A stretch of DNA of 64,000 bases from Gammaproteobacteria bacterium (GCA_024234975.1 JACKNH010000004.1:150310-214309), one strand, 5' to 3'; shown: positions 35,805 through 47,577, counted from the stretch's first letter. Notes: generated by a model not told the origin, from the sequence alone. Made by a program: numbers and translations.

Positions 35805-36454
35805 GGCGTGGTGGCGCTGCCGGCATCGGCCAGCGGCAGGTTGTCGCGCTTGAGTTCGATGAACCGCGTATCAAATCCCTGTTCGGTCAGCGCCGTGATG
35901 GCCTGGCCGTAGAAATCGTCGGCACTTTGGTAGTTGCCCATGGCTGCGCGGATATCACCTTTCAGCTCGTAGAAGTCCTCGGCATCGGCCGCACCTGATC
36001 CGGCAAGCTCACCCCAGGCGCCGGCGGCATCGCCTTCGAACAACATCACCTGGGCGATGCGTGACGAGGCGACCTGCTTCAACGCGGAACTGGTGGCGTG
36101 GTCGCGGGCCCAGGCCAGTCTGGCTTTGGCCTCGGTCAGGTTCTGGCGGTCGACTTCCAGTTTCCCCAGCAACAACGCGGCAAGCACGCTGTAGGCTGAC
36201 TCTTCGAAGTTCGCGATGATGCCATTGCCCAGATCAGCGGCGACTTCATAGTTGCCCTGGCGCAGCGATTCCATCATCAGGTTGTAGGTGACGGAGGCCT
36301 GCTCGGCTTTTTCCGCCTTGGCTTCGGTCCAGTAGCGGTAGCCGAACAGCACGGCCAGGCCGATGGTCAAGCCGACTACCAACGCGCTGCCGTTGTCTTT
36401 CCACCAGCGCTTGAATGCCTCTAATTGTTCGTTATCGGAATCGTACTGACTCAA
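35801..36454 (-). CDS. yfgM: YfgM-family membrane-anchored TPR-like protein (ancillary SecYEG subunit family)
   Basis: TTG start with GGAG 8 nt upstream. NEQLEAFKRWWKDNGSALVVGLTIGLAVLFGYRYW is followed by a TPR-like region. The stop overlaps the bamB start (ATGA). Confidence 0.8.
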   Translation of the reverse strand: MSQYDSDNEQLEAFKRWWKDNGSALVVGLTIGLAVLFGYRYWTEAKAEKAEQASVTYNLMMESLRQGNYEVAADLGNGIIANFEESAYSVLAALLLGKLEVDRQNLTEAKARLAWARDHATSSALKQVASSRIAQVMLFEGDAAGAWGELAGSGAADAEDFYELKGDIRAAMGNYQSADDFYGQAITALTEQGFDTRFIELKRDNLPLADAGSATTP

Positions 36455-36513
36455 GGCGGCAACTCCAAAAATGTAGGTTCAATCCCCGGCCCCGGGCGCC
36501 GGCGGCCGCGCGA

Positions 36514-37794
36514 TTATAGCGCAGATGTCTGGCCGAACTCGGCCTGCAGCAGTGCCTGCAGGGCGGTCAGCGGTACGGTCTGCTGCGCGCGATCATCTCG
36601 CAGAAAACGTACCGTGACGGTGCGCTCGAGCTGTTCGTCCTCGCCGATCAACAGTCCAATCCGGGCACCGGAGCGGTCGGCACGCTTCATCTGTGCCTTG
36701 GCACTACCCCCGCCCAGGTTGCATAACACAGGTAAATCAGGGAAATAGTCACGCAACCGTTCGGTCAGGGCGTTGGCTTCCAGCAGGGTGGTCTCGCCCA
36801 ATGGCATGACGTAGATTCCGGCGGGCGCGGGCGGCGCCGGCTGGTCTTCCAACATTGCCAGCAGGCGTTCCATGCCCATGGCGAAGCCGATACCCGGCGT
36901 GGACTTGCCGCCGAACTGGGCGACCATGCCGTCGTAACGTCCACCGGCGCACACCGTGCCCTGCGCGCCGAGGCGATCGGTCACCCATTCAAATACCGTG
37001 TGCGTGTAGTAATCCAGGCCGCGCACCAGCCGCGTGTTGTGTACGAAGCCGATCCCGGCACTTTCCAGCAACGCCTGCATGCCCTGGAAATGCGCCTGCG
37101 AATCCGCCCCCAGGTGCTCGGTCAGCCGCGGCGCATTGGCGATCAAGTCCTGCATGGCCGGGTTCTTGCTGTCGAGGATCCGCAACGGGTTGTGTTCCAG
37201 TCGCGTGCGGCTGTCCTCATCCAGCTGCTCACTATGCGCGGCGAAATATTTACGCAGCTCGTCGCGGTAGGCTTCGCGCTCGGGCGGTGTGCCCAGCGTG
37301 TTGATCTGCAATTCCACATCCTTGATGCCAAGGTCGCGCCACATTCGCGCGGTCATCTGGATCAATTCGGCGTCGATATCCGGCCCGGCAAAGCCGAACG
37401 CCTCCACCCCGAACTGGTAGAACTGGCGGTAGCGGCCTTTCTGCGGACGCTCATGACGGAACATCGCGCCCTGGTACCACACCCGTTGGCTGAGCTGATT
37501 GATGAGGCCATGTTCGAGCATGGCGCGCACGCAGCCGGCGGTACCTTCCGGCCGCAGGCTCAGCAGCTCACCGTTGCGATCGCTGAAGGTATACATTTCC
37601 TTCTGCACGATGTCGGTCAGATCGCCGATGCTGCGGGCGAATACCGCGGTCTGTTCGACAATCGGCAGCCGGACTTCCTGGAAGCCGTACTGCTCGACGA
37701 TCCGTCGCAGGGTCTTTTCCAGCGCATGCCAGCGCGCACTTTCCGGCGGCAGGATGTCGTTCATCCCGCGGACTGATTGCATTGTCGAACTCAC
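36514..37794 (-). CDS. hisS: Histidine--tRNA ligase
   Basis: GMNDILPPESARWHALE...EMYTFSDRNGELLSLRPEGTA...YQGAMFRHERPQKGRYRQFYQFG...RGLDYYTHTVFE...GGRYD. Confidence 0.96.
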   Translation of the reverse strand: MSSTMQSVRGMNDILPPESARWHALEKTLRRIVEQYGFQEVRLPIVEQTAVFARSIGDLTDIVQKEMYTFSDRNGELLSLRPEGTAGCVRAMLEHGLINQLSQRVWYQGAMFRHERPQKGRYRQFYQFGVEAFGFAGPDIDAELIQMTARMWRDLGIKDVELQINTLGTPPEREAYRDELRKYFAAHSEQLDEDSRTRLEHNPLRILDSKNPAMQDLIANAPRLTEHLGADSQAHFQGMQALLESAGIGFVHNTRLVRGLDYYTHTVFEWVTDRLGAQGTVCAGGRYDGMVAQFGGKSTPGIGFAMGMERLLAMLEDQPAPPAPAGIYVMPLGETTLLEANALTERLRDYFPDLPVLCNLGGGSAKAQMKRADRSGARIGLLIGEDEQLERTVTVRFLRDDRAQQTVPLTALQALLQAEFGQTSAL

Positions 37795-37860
37795 TTTGGA
37801 ACGAACCTCTTAAAGCAGCGCCGTAACGAGGGTGATTTGCCTGACCGTGGTAACCGGCGA

Positions 37861-38856
37861 CTATTCGGGCAGGTTGAGCCGTGCGACACCTTCCCGCGAA
37901 TAGCGGTCGAGGTCGACGGGCGAACCCAGGTAGGTCAGGTCAACCGCCTGGGAATTGCCGATCACCAGGCGATACGGTGGTTTGCCGCCGACTTCGATGC
38001 GGCGGCCGCGCCGGCCGATGTCGTAGTAGAGGCGCTTGCCTTCGGCGTCGGTGATTTCAACCCAGGCGTCAGCCCGGGTGTTGACCGAAATATCGCCGGG
38101 GCCATTGGTGAAAACGGTGGCGTCGCCGTCATTGTCGCTGGCCAATGTTTCAGGTGCTGCGCGCTCGCCGGACGCGGCATCATCCGCTGGCGGCAGCACG
38201 GCGAGTTCGTCCGCCGACAACTGCGATGGTTCCGGCTCTACCGCAGCAGATTCAAGATCGAGTGCCTGGGCCTGGAACTGTTCAGTGATCGCGACGGTGA
38301 GCGGATCGGTGAGTGAGGGATCAATCACCGCATACTGGCTGTCGGTCACCGTCGACGGCGCCGTGACCGGCGCCGGGGGCGTGAGCGGCACCGTATCGGC
38401 GTAACGGGATTGAAAATAATCGACCAGGTTGCTGCCCTGCCAGCCAAGCAGGACAACAATGATGACCAGCAAGGTCACCGACACGGCACGCACCCAATGA
38501 CTCTGGCTGGTCGGTTGCACCGGCGGTCCGCTGGTGAATGTTGTCAGTGCCGGGTCATTGGATGGCTGTTGGCGGGCGAATGCTGCCAGCAGCGGTGCAT
38601 CGTCCGTGGCCAAAGCATGGGCAATGCCACGAAGGTAACCGCGCACGAAGGTCGGCGCTGGCAGTGTGGCGAACTCGTTGTTTTCCAGGGCGCTGATCTT
38701 TGCGGGATCCAGATTCAGCTGGCGCGCGAGTTCTTCAACCGAAAAGCCGGCGGTTTCGCGGGCGGATCGAATCAATTCCCCGCAGGTTGTCGTTGTCGTC
38801 GTCGCCGGCGCCGCTGGCGTTGCCGGCTCGACGTCGATATCCGTACTCTGGTTCAC
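37861..38856 (-). CDS. rodZ: Cytoskeleton protein RodZ (HTH-TM-DUF4115 architecture)
   Basis: XRE-type HTH CGELIRSARETAGFSVEELARQLNLDPAKISALENNEF. TM segment VRAVSVTLLVIIVVLLGW. C-terminal AWVEITDAEGKRLYYDIGRRGRRIEVGGKPPYRLVIGN. Confidence 0.85.
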   Translation of the reverse strand: MNQSTDIDVEPATPAAPATTTTTTCGELIRSARETAGFSVEELARQLNLDPAKISALENNEFATLPAPTFVRGYLRGIAHALATDDAPLLAAFARQQPSNDPALTTFTSGPPVQPTSQSHWVRAVSVTLLVIIVVLLGWQGSNLVDYFQSRYADTVPLTPPAPVTAPSTVTDSQYAVIDPSLTDPLTVAITEQFQAQALDLESAAVEPEPSQLSADELAVLPPADDAASGERAAPETLASDNDGDATVFTNGPGDISVNTRADAWVEITDAEGKRLYYDIGRRGRRIEVGGKPPYRLVIGNSQAVDLTYLGSPVDLDRYSREGVARLNLPE

Positions 38857-39632
38857 CGTGAATCCTGGCGCAGATCGCGGAAGCGACGCGCTTCCTCGGA
38901 ATCGGGATAGTTACGATTCAACAGCAGACCATAGGATGCGACCGCATCACGGTTGTTCAGCGCTTGTTCGACACGGATACCCAGCCACAGGGAACTGGCG
39001 GTATGCGAAGCGATCTCGAGATAGCGTTGCAGAAAACCGCGCGCGCCGAGGTAGTCCTGATGGTTGTAACTGATGGAAGCCATCTGCAGCAGCGCCGGCG
39101 GAATTCGCGGGTTGCGCCGCAGAGCGCGTCGCAGTTGTGATTCGGCGTCATCCTGGCGGCCGGCCTGAAACAGGCAGGTGCCGGCATTGTTCCAGGCGAT
39201 TTCCGGACTTTCATACAGCGGATTGGCCGCCGCCTTGTCGAACATCCCGATCGCTTCATCGACCTGCTGGCGTTGGCACAGGAACAGACCGAAGTTGTTC
39301 AGGGCGGTCGGGTCTTCGGGAGACTCACGCAGCGCACGGCGGAAATGCTGTTCGGCATCGGCATCCTTGCCCAGACGCGCATAGAGCAGACCGAGGCCGA
39401 CGTGGGCGGGCGCGAAGTCGGGCGCAAGGTCCAGCGCTTCATGCAACCGATCCAGCGCGGTTTCATTGCGGCCTTCACGCAGGTATGCCAGACCGAGATC
39501 CGTCTTGATCCGCGCCAGGCGGACCTGGTCGGAATCGTCGCGGGGATTCGAGCGGGTGCCACCGCCGGTGCCGCAGGCTGTCAGCGTGGCGACGGTAAAC
39601 AACATCAGCAATACACGCACAGTCGCAGGCAT
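38853..39632 (-). CDS. pilW: Type IV pilus biogenesis/stability TPR lipoprotein PilW (PilF)
   Basis: Lipobox TLTACG. TPR repeats (LGLAYLREGRNETALDRLHEALDLAPDFAPAH...). It occupies the rlmN-pilF-rodZ position, as in Pseudomonas. Confidence 0.8.
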   Translation of the reverse strand: MPATVRVLLMLFTVATLTACGTGGGTRSNPRDDSDQVRLARIKTDLGLAYLREGRNETALDRLHEALDLAPDFAPAHVGLGLLYARLGKDADAEQHFRRALRESPEDPTALNNFGLFLCQRQQVDEAIGMFDKAAANPLYESPEIAWNNAGTCLFQAGRQDDAESQLRRALRRNPRIPPALLQMASISYNHQDYLGARGFLQRYLEIASHTASSLWLGIRVEQALNNRDAVASYGLLLNRNYPDSEEARRFRDLRQDSR

Positions 39633-39650
39633 CTATCGTTTCCTTCTCGT

Positions 39651-40772
39651 TCAGAGGGCCGTAACGGCACCTGGCTGTGCACGATGGCGACGGCCGCGTG
39701 CCTGTACCTGTCCCACCAGCTGGCCACAGGCCGCGCTGATGTCCTCGCCGCGGGTCTTGCGGGTGATGGTGACGATATCCGCGGCCGCGAGGGTATCGCG
39801 GAAACGCAGGATGTCGGCGTGTTCACTGCGCCCATACGCCGCCCCGGGAAACGGGTTGAACGGTATCAGGTTCATCTTGGCGGGCTTGCCACGCAACAGC
39901 CGGACCAACTGCCGGGCATGTTCCAGTGAATCGTTGATGCCGGCGAGCATCACGTATTCGAAGGTGATCTGTTCGATCGAGGCCTCTTCGGTATAACGCC
40001 AGCAGGCTTCCAGCAATTGCGCGATGGGGTACTTGCGATTGATCGGTACGATTTCATCACGCAAGGCATCGTTGGGCGCATGCAGCGAGACGGCCAGCGC
40101 CACCGGACATTCGCGCGCCAGCTTCGCGATGCCCGGCACCACGCCCGCCGTACTCAGGGTCACGCGTTTGCGCCCCAGCCCATAGGCATTGTCGTCAATC
40201 ATCAGGCGCAAGGCCGGGGCCACGCGTTCAAGATTCAGCAACGGCTCGCCCATGCCCATCAGCACGACATTGGTGATGCGACGGTTGGCGTGCCGCACAT
40301 GGCCGAGCTCGCGCGCGGCCAGCCATACCTGGCCGATGATTTCCGCGGTGGAAAGATTACGGTTGAAACCCTGCTTGGCGGTGGAACAGAACTGACAATC
40401 CAGCGCGCAACCCACCTGCGAGGAGATACACAGCGTGCCGCGATCATCCTCCGGGATGAACACGGTTTCGATGCAATTGCCCGAGTCCACCCGCATCAAC
40501 CATTTATGGGTGCCGTCAGTGGATTCCTTGTGCAATACGATTTCAGGGAACCGCAGGTGGGCGATTTCCGGCAGCTTTGCCCGCAGGTCGACGCTGAGGT
40601 TGGTCATGGCGGAGAAATCCGACACGCCGAGTTCGTGCACCCATTTCTGAATCTGGGTCGCGCGGAACGGGCGCTCTCCGATGCCTTCGAAGAATGCTTT
40701 CAGCCCGTTCAGATCGAGATCGAGCAGATTGGTCGGCGTGTCGGTGTGTTGCATACAACGGCTGCGCGGCAA
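39651..40772 (-). CDS. rlmN: 23S rRNA/tRNA adenine-C2 methyltransferase RlmN (radical SAM)
   Basis: [11 protein letters not shown]...[26 protein letters not shown]...MGMGEPLLN...SACGQL. Confidence 0.95.
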   Translation of the reverse strand: MPRSRCMQHTDTPTNLLDLDLNGLKAFFEGIGERPFRATQIQKWVHELGVSDFSAMTNLSVDLRAKLPEIAHLRFPEIVLHKESTDGTHKWLMRVDSGNCIETVFIPEDDRGTLCISSQVGCALDCQFCSTAKQGFNRNLSTAEIIGQVWLAARELGHVRHANRRITNVVLMGMGEPLLNLERVAPALRLMIDDNAYGLGRKRVTLSTAGVVPGIAKLARECPVALAVSLHAPNDALRDEIVPINRKYPIAQLLEACWRYTEEASIEQITFEYVMLAGINDSLEHARQLVRLLRGKPAKMNLIPFNPFPGAAYGRSEHADILRFRDTLAAADIVTITRKTRGEDISAACGQLVGQVQARGRRHRAQPGAVTAL

Positions 40773-41201
40773 TTAACTGCGCGCGCAGATCTCCTCTGGT
40801 TTGAAGAAGAATGCGATCTCCTGCGCGGCGGTTTCCGGCGCGTCGGAGCCATGTACCGCATTCTCGGTCATGCTGTGGGCGAAATCTGCACGAATGGTGC
40901 CGGGATCGGCTTTCTCGGGATTGGTGGCGCCCATGATTTCGCGGTTTCGCGCGATCGCATTCTCGCCTTCCAGCACCTGCACCATCACCGGGCCCGAGGT
41001 CATGAACTCGACGAGCTCGCCGTAAAACGGACGTTCGGCGTGTACGGCGTAGAACTGCTCAGCCTGTTGTTGGCTCAGGTGCAACATCTTCGCGGCGACG
41101 ATCGTCAGGCCGCCTTTTTCGAAGCGATCGAGTATGCCGCCGATGTCGTTCACCCGTACCGAACTGGGCTTGATGATGGAAAGTGTGCGTTCAATGGCCA
41201 T
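40773..41201 (-). CDS. ndk: Nucleoside-diphosphate kinase
   Basis: [13 protein letters not shown]...[14 protein letters not shown]...GTIRADFA....NAVHGSD. Confidence 0.97.
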   Translation of the reverse strand: MAIERTLSIIKPSSVRVNDIGGILDRFEKGGLTIVAAKMLHLSQQQAEQFYAVHAERPFYGELVEFMTSGPVMVQVLEGENAIARNREIMGATNPEKADPGTIRADFAHSMTENAVHGSDAPETAAQEIAFFFKPEEICARS

Positions 41202-41243
41202 GTGGTTTCTTTCTTACTGTCAAATATCCAATGAAATCGGGGG

Positions 41244-41249
41244 ATTATA
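41244..41249 (-). promoter_or_regulatory. Perfect TATAAT -10 box upstream of ndk (poor -35)
   Basis: Minus strand ccTTATAATcc, about 43 nt upstream of the ndk ATG. The best -35 at 17-nt spacing is TCGCCT. Confidence 0.3.
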
Positions 41250-41319
41250 AGGGGAACGCGAACCCAAGGCGAGGGTGGGGCCGTGCCTTGGGTCGGGTCG
41301 GACCAGGGTCGGGATGCGG

Positions 41320-41336
41320 CCGGTCCGGCGGACCGG
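41320..41336 (-). terminator. Short hairpin abutting the sufT stop
   Basis: CCGGTCC-ggc-GGACCGG, a 7-bp stem with a 3-nt loop. No U tract. Confidence 0.25.
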
Positions 41337-41888
41337 TCAGTACATCAGGCCGGTTTCCAGTCGGGCGACGTCGGACATCATGCTCTGGTTCCATGGCGGA
41401 TCGAACACCAGGTCGACGTCGCAGGCGGTGACGCCGGGGACTTCCAGGGCCTTCTGCCGCACGTCCTCCACCAGGAAGGGGCCCATGCCGCAGCCGGGCG
41501 CCGTCAAGGTCATGCGGATGCTGACCCGGTTGCCACCCTCGGCCAGCGGCTCGATATCACACGCATAGATCAGACCCAGTTCGACGATGTTGACCGGAAT
41601 CTCCGGGTCATAACACGTACGTAACTGATTCCACAGAAGTTCTTCGTCCACCTTACCGTCGGCTGGAGCCACTGCGTCATGCGCCGGCAGCGCCACCGGT
41701 TCCATGCCGAGCGCATCCAGATCCTGCCCGGCAACCCGCGCGAGGGAGCCGTTCACGTTGAGGGTGACGCTGCCGCCCAGTGCCTGCGTGACATACACCT
41801 CGGTGCCCGCGTTCAACGTGATGCTGACACCTTCAGGAATCAGCACCGCAGGACAATCGCGTTCGACGATTACCGATTCGAAGGGCAT
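41337..41888 (-). CDS. sufT: SUF-associated Fe-S assembly protein SufT (N-terminal domain + DUF59/MIP18 domain)
   Basis: LWNQLRTCYDPEIPVNIVELGLIY...VSIRMTLTAPGCGMG...VDLVFDPPW. It is the last gene of the suf string. Confidence 0.8.
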   Translation of the reverse strand: MPFESVIVERDCPAVLIPEGVSITLNAGTEVYVTQALGGSVTLNVNGSLARVAGQDLDALGMEPVALPAHDAVAPADGKVDEELLWNQLRTCYDPEIPVNIVELGLIYACDIEPLAEGGNRVSIRMTLTAPGCGMGPFLVEDVRQKALEVPGVTACDVDLVFDPPWNQSMMSDVARLETGLMY

Positions 41889-41931
41889 GGGCGACCTTTT
41901 TTCATATGGCTGGAAGTGGGTGGAAAGTTGA

Positions 41932-43182
41932 TCACAGCAGCATCTCGCGCACCCGCGTCACCGCGCCGGCGAATCGTTCAATTTCCTCGACCGTGTTGTA
42001 CAGCGCGCAGGAGGCGCGCACGGTGCCGGTGACGCCGAAGCGCTTCAAGGCCGGCATCGCGCAATGGTGGCCGACGCGGACGGCGATGCCGAGACTGTCC
42101 AGCAATTTGCCGATGTCCGCCTGGTGCGCGCCCTCGATGACAAACGACACGACGGCGACCTTGTTCGGCGCGGTACCAATGATACGCAGGCCGGGAATGC
42201 CGGTGAGGCCGCCAGTCAACGCGGCCAGCAGCGACTGTTCGTGCGCGGCCAATGCCGCCTGGTCCAGTGCGCGGAAGTAGTCCAGGGCGGCGCCCAGGCC
42301 GATCGCGCCGGCGATATGCGGCGTACCGGCTTCAAATTTCCACGGCAGGTCGGCGTATTCGGTGTGTTCGAAACTGACCGTGCGGATCATGTCGCCACCG
42401 CCTTGCCATGGCGGCATCTCGTCGAGCAGCGCCTCGCGACCGTAAAGGATGCCAATACCGGTCGGTGCGTAAATCTTGTGGCCGGAAAACGCGTAAAAGT
42501 CGCAGCCCAGCGCGCTGACATCCACCGGTTCGTGGGCAACGGCTTGCGCGCCATCGACCAGCACCAGGGCGCCAGCGGCTTTGGCTTGCGCAACCATGTC
42601 TGCGATCGGATTGATGGTGCCCAGCGCGTTGGAGACGTGAACCAGCGCGGCAAGCCGGGTGCGTGGGCCGAGCAGTTCGGCGAATGCCGCCGGATCCAGC
42701 GTGCCGTCTTCCAGCACCGGCGCCACCTTCAGCACAGCGCCGGTCTGCTGGCACAGCAGTTGCCAGGGCACGATGTTGGCGTGATGCTCGAGCGCGGTAA
42801 TCAGGATTTCATCGCCGGCCTGCAACTGGTTGCGGCCCCAGCTCTGCGCCACCAGATTGATGGCCTCGGTGGTGCCGCGCGTATAAATGATTTCGGCCGT
42901 CGATGCGGCATTGAGAAACGCGCGGACTTTTTCGCGCGCGCCTTCATAGGCCGCAGTCGCGCGTTCACTCAAGGTATGTATGCCGCGATGAACGTTGGCA
43001 TTGTCATACGTGTAGTAATCGGCGATGGCATCGATCACGACCTGCGGCTTCTGCGTGGTGGCGGCGTTGTCCAGGTACACCAGCGGATGGTTGTGCACGC
43101 GCTGCGCAAGAATGGGAAAGTCCGCGCGCAATTGCGCAATGGATTTGCCGGGAGCGGCGGTTTGTTGGGCACAGGCGGTCAT
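41932..43182 (-). CDS. sufS: Cysteine desulfurase SufS (group II)
   Basis: YLDNAATTQKP, FSGHKIYAPTGIGILYG (PLP Lys), VRVGHHCAMP and RASCALYNT (catalytic Cys). Confidence 0.95.
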   Translation of the reverse strand: MTACAQQTAAPGKSIAQLRADFPILAQRVHNHPLVYLDNAATTQKPQVVIDAIADYYTYDNANVHRGIHTLSERATAAYEGAREKVRAFLNAASTAEIIYTRGTTEAINLVAQSWGRNQLQAGDEILITALEHHANIVPWQLLCQQTGAVLKVAPVLEDGTLDPAAFAELLGPRTRLAALVHVSNALGTINPIADMVAQAKAAGALVLVDGAQAVAHEPVDVSALGCDFYAFSGHKIYAPTGIGILYGREALLDEMPPWQGGGDMIRTVSFEHTEYADLPWKFEAGTPHIAGAIGLGAALDYFRALDQAALAAHEQSLLAALTGGLTGIPGLRIIGTAPNKVAVVSFVIEGAHQADIGKLLDSLGIAVRVGHHCAMPALKRFGVTGTVRASCALYNTVEEIERFAGAVTRVREMLL

Positions 43183-44485
43183 GTCAGTTCCGGTAGTGGC
43201 TCCAGGGCGGCCAGCAGCCCTGCAAGTTCGGTCAATGCCAGCTGGCGCAATTTGCTGTCGGCGATGGCGTCGACGATGTCGCCGACAAAGGCGTGCAACA
43301 GCAGTGCGCGGGCGGTGGCCAGCGGTACGCCGCGCGAGCGCAGGTAGAACAATGCGGTTTCATCGAGCTGGCCGACGGTTGCACCGTGTGCGCATTGCAC
43401 GTCATCGGCGTAAATCTCGAGTTCCGGCTTGGTGTCGATTTCCGCCCGCGCGGACAACAGCAGATTGCGGTTATGCAATTGCGCCGAAATCTGTTGTGCA
43501 TCCTGGCGCACCAGGATGCGGCCGTTGAACACGCCACGCCCCTCGTCGTCGATGACACCTTTGTAGCGCACGGTGCTGCGGGTCCGCGGGGCGGCGTGAT
43601 CAATATTCAGGTGGCAGTCGCAATGACGTTTGCCATCGACGAACATCAAGCCATCGAGGCCGACGACCGAACCTTCACTGTGTTGTTCGATGTTGATGTC
43701 CGTGCGCGAAAGTCCCGCGCCGATATCGAAATGCGTCGCCTGGTAGGTGGCGTCGCGCGCCAGATCCACATAGGTCCGGCCGATGTGATACGACGCCGGG
43801 CTTTCCGCCTGGATCCGGCAATGGGTGACGGTTGCGGTCTGGCCGATGACGATATCGGTCACCACATTGGTCAGCGCCTGCGCGCCCGCCAGATCGACAT
43901 AGCGTTCCAGCACAGTCACGCTGGCGCCGGCGCCGATATCCAGCCGCAGACGCGGGTGGCACATGGCGGGCTCATCCGTTGCCGTGCGCAGGCAGATGAT
44001 TTCCAGAGGTTGGTCGATGGCGATGCCGGCATCGATGTTCACATGCAGACCGGCGCCGAGAAACGCATCGTTCAACCATTGGAACGCGTCGTCTACCGGT
44101 GCACGGCTCTGCATCAGCGCGGTAAGGTGCTGGTCCAGACCGCTGAGTGAAACTCCGGTTGGCAGTGCGTCGAGATCAGTCAATACCGGGTCCAGCCAGC
44201 CGTTCACCAGTACGATGGGGTGCGCAGTCAGGGCCGGCAGCTGTTGCCTGGTCAGCGCAGTGGCCGATGGGCCGGTAAAGCGGAACCGGTTGCCGGCGAG
44301 GGACTTCAGATCAGTGTATTTCCACGCCTCGTCGCGGGTGACCGGCAGGCCGCGGGCGCGCAAGCGATCGACAGCGGCAGTGCGATGATTTGCCACGCTG
44401 CGCTGGTCGGCGGCAGGGAGCGTCGCCGCGACACGCTCAAATTCGCCGGCCAGCGAATCCAGCGCCTGATTCAATGCCGCCGTCA

Positions 44486-44489
<4 letters not shown>
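43179..44489 (-). CDS. sufD: Fe-S cluster assembly protein SufD
   Basis: [46 protein letters not shown]. It overlaps sufC and sufS by 4 nt each. Confidence 0.93.
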
Positions 44490-45235
<746 letters not shown>

Positions 45236-45259
45236 GGTTGAAAAATCCGACTTGTAATT

Positions 45260-46708
45260 TCAGCCCACGGCGCCTTCAAGGCTGACCGCGAGCAGTTTGT
45301 TGGCCTCGACGGCGAACTCCATGGGCAGTTCCTTGAACACGTCCTTGCAGAAGCCGTTGACGATCATGTTCACCGCGTCTTCCTGTGGAATGCCGCGGCT
45401 GCGCAGGTAGAACAACTGGTCCTCGCTGATGCGTGAGGTGGACGCCTCATGTTCGACCTTGGCGCTCGGGTTGCGCACTTCGATATACGGAAAGGTATGC
45501 GCGCCGCAGCGGTCGCCAAGCAACAGCGAATCACACTGGGTGTAATTCCGGGCGCCCTCCGCGCCGGGCAGAATCCTGACCAGCCCGCGGTAGGCGTTCT
45601 GCGCCTGGCGTGCGGAGATGCCCTTGGAAACGATGGTGCTGCGGGTGTTGCGGCCGATGTGGACCATCTTGGTGCCGGTATCAGCCTGCTGATAGTTGTT
45701 GGTCAGCGCCACCGAATAGAATTCACCCACCGAATTCTCCCCGCGCAGTATGCAGCTGGGATATTTCCAGGTGATGGCTGATCCGGTTTCAACCTGGGTC
45801 CACGAGATCTTCGCATTCGCGCCGCGGCAGTCGCCGCGCTTGGTGACGAAGTTATAAATGCCACCACGGCCCTGTTCATCGCCCGGGTACCAGTTCTGCA
45901 CCGTGGAGTACTTGATGTTGGCATCACGCAGCGCCACCAGCTCGACGACCGCGGCATGCAACTGGTTCTCGTCGCGCATCGGCGCCGTACAGCCTTCCAG
46001 GTAACTCACGGTGCTGCCTTCGTCGGCGACGATCAGCGTGCGTTCGAACTGCCCGGTGTTCATCGCGTTGATGCGGAAATAGGTCGACAGCTCCATCGGG
46101 CAGCGCGTGTTTTTCGGGATGTAGACGAACGATCCATCCGAGAACACCGCCGCATTCAACGCTGCAAAGTAGTTATCGCCGGCGGGAACCACCGAGCCGA
46201 GGTATTTGCGCACCAGTTCGGGGTGTTCGCGTACGGCTTCGGAGAACGAACAGAAGATGACGCCGGCTTCAGCCAGCTTGCCTTTGAAGGTCGTCGCCAC
46301 GGACACGCTGTCGAACACGGCGTCGACCGCCACACCGGCCAGCATCTTCTGCTCGTGCAGCGGGATGCCGAGTTTTTCATAGGTCTCCAGCAGTTTCGGG
46401 TCGACCTCGTCCAGCGACTTCGGGCCATCTTCCTTGCGCTTGGGCGCGGCGTAATAGCTGATGGATTGTAAATCGATCGGCGGGTAATGCAGGTGCGCCC
46501 AGTCCGGCTCGCTCATCCGCTGGAACTGCGCAAACGCCGCCAGGCGGGCGTCGAGCAGCCATTGCGGTTCGTTCTTCTTGGCCGAAATCAGCGCGATGAT
46601 GTCTTCGTTCAGACCCGGCGGCGCGCGGTCCTGCTCGATATCGGTATAAAAGCCTGCCGCGTAGTCCTGTTTGACCAGGCGGGTGACGTCTTCATTTCGG
46701 GTGGACAT
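45260..46708 (-). CDS. sufB: Fe-S cluster assembly scaffold SufB
   Basis: [24 protein letters not shown]...[16 protein letters not shown]...[21 protein letters not shown]. Confidence 0.96.
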   Translation of the reverse strand: MSTRNEDVTRLVKQDYAAGFYTDIEQDRAPPGLNEDIIALISAKKNEPQWLLDARLAAFAQFQRMSEPDWAHLHYPPIDLQSISYYAAPKRKEDGPKSLDEVDPKLLETYEKLGIPLHEQKMLAGVAVDAVFDSVSVATTFKGKLAEAGVIFCSFSEAVREHPELVRKYLGSVVPAGDNYFAALNAAVFSDGSFVYIPKNTRCPMELSTYFRINAMNTGQFERTLIVADEGSTVSYLEGCTAPMRDENQLHAAVVELVALRDANIKYSTVQNWYPGDEQGRGGIYNFVTKRGDCRGANAKISWTQVETGSAITWKYPSCILRGENSVGEFYSVALTNNYQQADTGTKMVHIGRNTRSTIVSKGISARQAQNAYRGLVRILPGAEGARNYTQCDSLLLGDRCGAHTFPYIEVRNPSAKVEHEASTSRISEDQLFYLRSRGIPQEDAVNMIVNGFCKDVFKELPMEFAVEANKLLAVSLEGAVG

Positions 46709-46725
46709 GGTGCGTGGTCATCCCG

Positions 46726-47052
46726 TCAGAGGCTGAAGCTCTCGCCACACCCACACGTCTCCTTGACGTTCGGATTGACGAATTTCAGGCCGGCGTTCAG
46801 GCCTTCGCGGGTGAAATCGATTTCGGTGCCGTCGAGGTATTTCAGGCTCTGGTCGTCGACCACGATCCGGATGCCTTCCGATTCAAAGACATGGTCGTGG
46901 CCACGCACTTCCGCGGCAGGTTCGACGACGTATTTGAACCCCGAGCACCCGGTGGGTTTGACGGCGACCCGCATCATGGGTCCGCTCGCCCCCTGGCGGG
47001 CAAGAATGCCCTGTACATGGCGGGCGGCGTTGGCGGTAAGTGTTACAGACAT
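46726..47052 (-). CDS. sufA: A-type Fe-S carrier (SufA/IscA, HesB family)
   Basis: MSVTLTANAARHVQGIL...MRVAVKPTGCSGFKY...NPNVKETCGCGESF. The ORF-track extension to 47181 is rejected. Confidence 0.9.
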   Translation of the reverse strand: MSVTLTANAARHVQGILARQGASGPMMRVAVKPTGCSGFKYVVEPAAEVRGHDHVFESEGIRIVVDDQSLKYLDGTEIDFTREGLNAGLKFVNPNVKETCGCGESFSL

Positions 47053-47080
47053 AACTGTGAATCCTGGTTCGGGTGGCCGT

Positions 47081-47545
47081 TCAACCGGCAGCGGACGGCC
47101 GCATGTCCTTGATCGTCTGGGTCTTGGTCGCGGCATTGCGCAGCGCGTGACGGCGCGCCAGTTCACCCAGGGTGATATCACTCAAAAAGTCCCGGATGTT
47201 GGCGCTCAAGCCTTCCCACAAATCGTGGGTCAGGCAGGCCTGGTCGCCGCGACAATTCTGATTGCCACCGCAGCGGGTGGCATCCACTGATTCGTCAACT
47301 GCGTCGATTACAGCGGCAATCGAAATCGCGTCGTCCGCCCGTGCCAGGCGATACCCGCCGCCCGGACCGCGCACGCTGTCGACCAGGCCGGCCTTGCGCA
47401 GACCGCCAAACAACTGCTCGAGGTAGGCGAGCGAAATGTCTTCACGTGCCGAGATGTCGCCCAGGCTGACCGGGTTGGTCGAGCCATGGATCGTCAAATC
47501 CAGCATGGCAGTCACCGCGTAGCGGCCGCGCGTTGTTAATTTCAT
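47081..47545 (-). CDS. iscR: Rrf2-family Fe-S regulator IscR
   Basis: MKLTTRGRYAVTAMLDL...ISLAYLEQLFGGLRKAGLVDSVRGPGGGYRLA. Cluster ligands C-x5-C-x5-C-x2-H are present (RCGGNQNCRGDQACLTH). The ORF-track extension to 47650 is rejected. Confidence 0.9.
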   Translation of the reverse strand: MKLTTRGRYAVTAMLDLTIHGSTNPVSLGDISAREDISLAYLEQLFGGLRKAGLVDSVRGPGGGYRLARADDAISIAAVIDAVDESVDATRCGGNQNCRGDQACLTHDLWEGLSANIRDFLSDITLGELARRHALRNAATKTQTIKDMRPSAAG

Positions 47546-47577
47546 ATAAAAATCAGTCCGTTGCGAATCGCCCGGGA

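Noticed and set aside
36476-36485. The tRNA T-loop-like string GGTTCAATCC in the hisS-yfgM spacer.
   Set aside because: The flanking bases cannot form a T-stem, and the whole spacer is only ~60 nt. No acceptor or anticodon arms can be drawn.
36513-36518. A perfect TATAAT overlapping the hisS stop codon, as an internal promoter for yfgM-bamB-der.
   Set aside because: No acceptable -35 exists at 16-18 nt spacing. An isolated TATAAT created by the codons CTA-TAA-T is plausibly coincidental.
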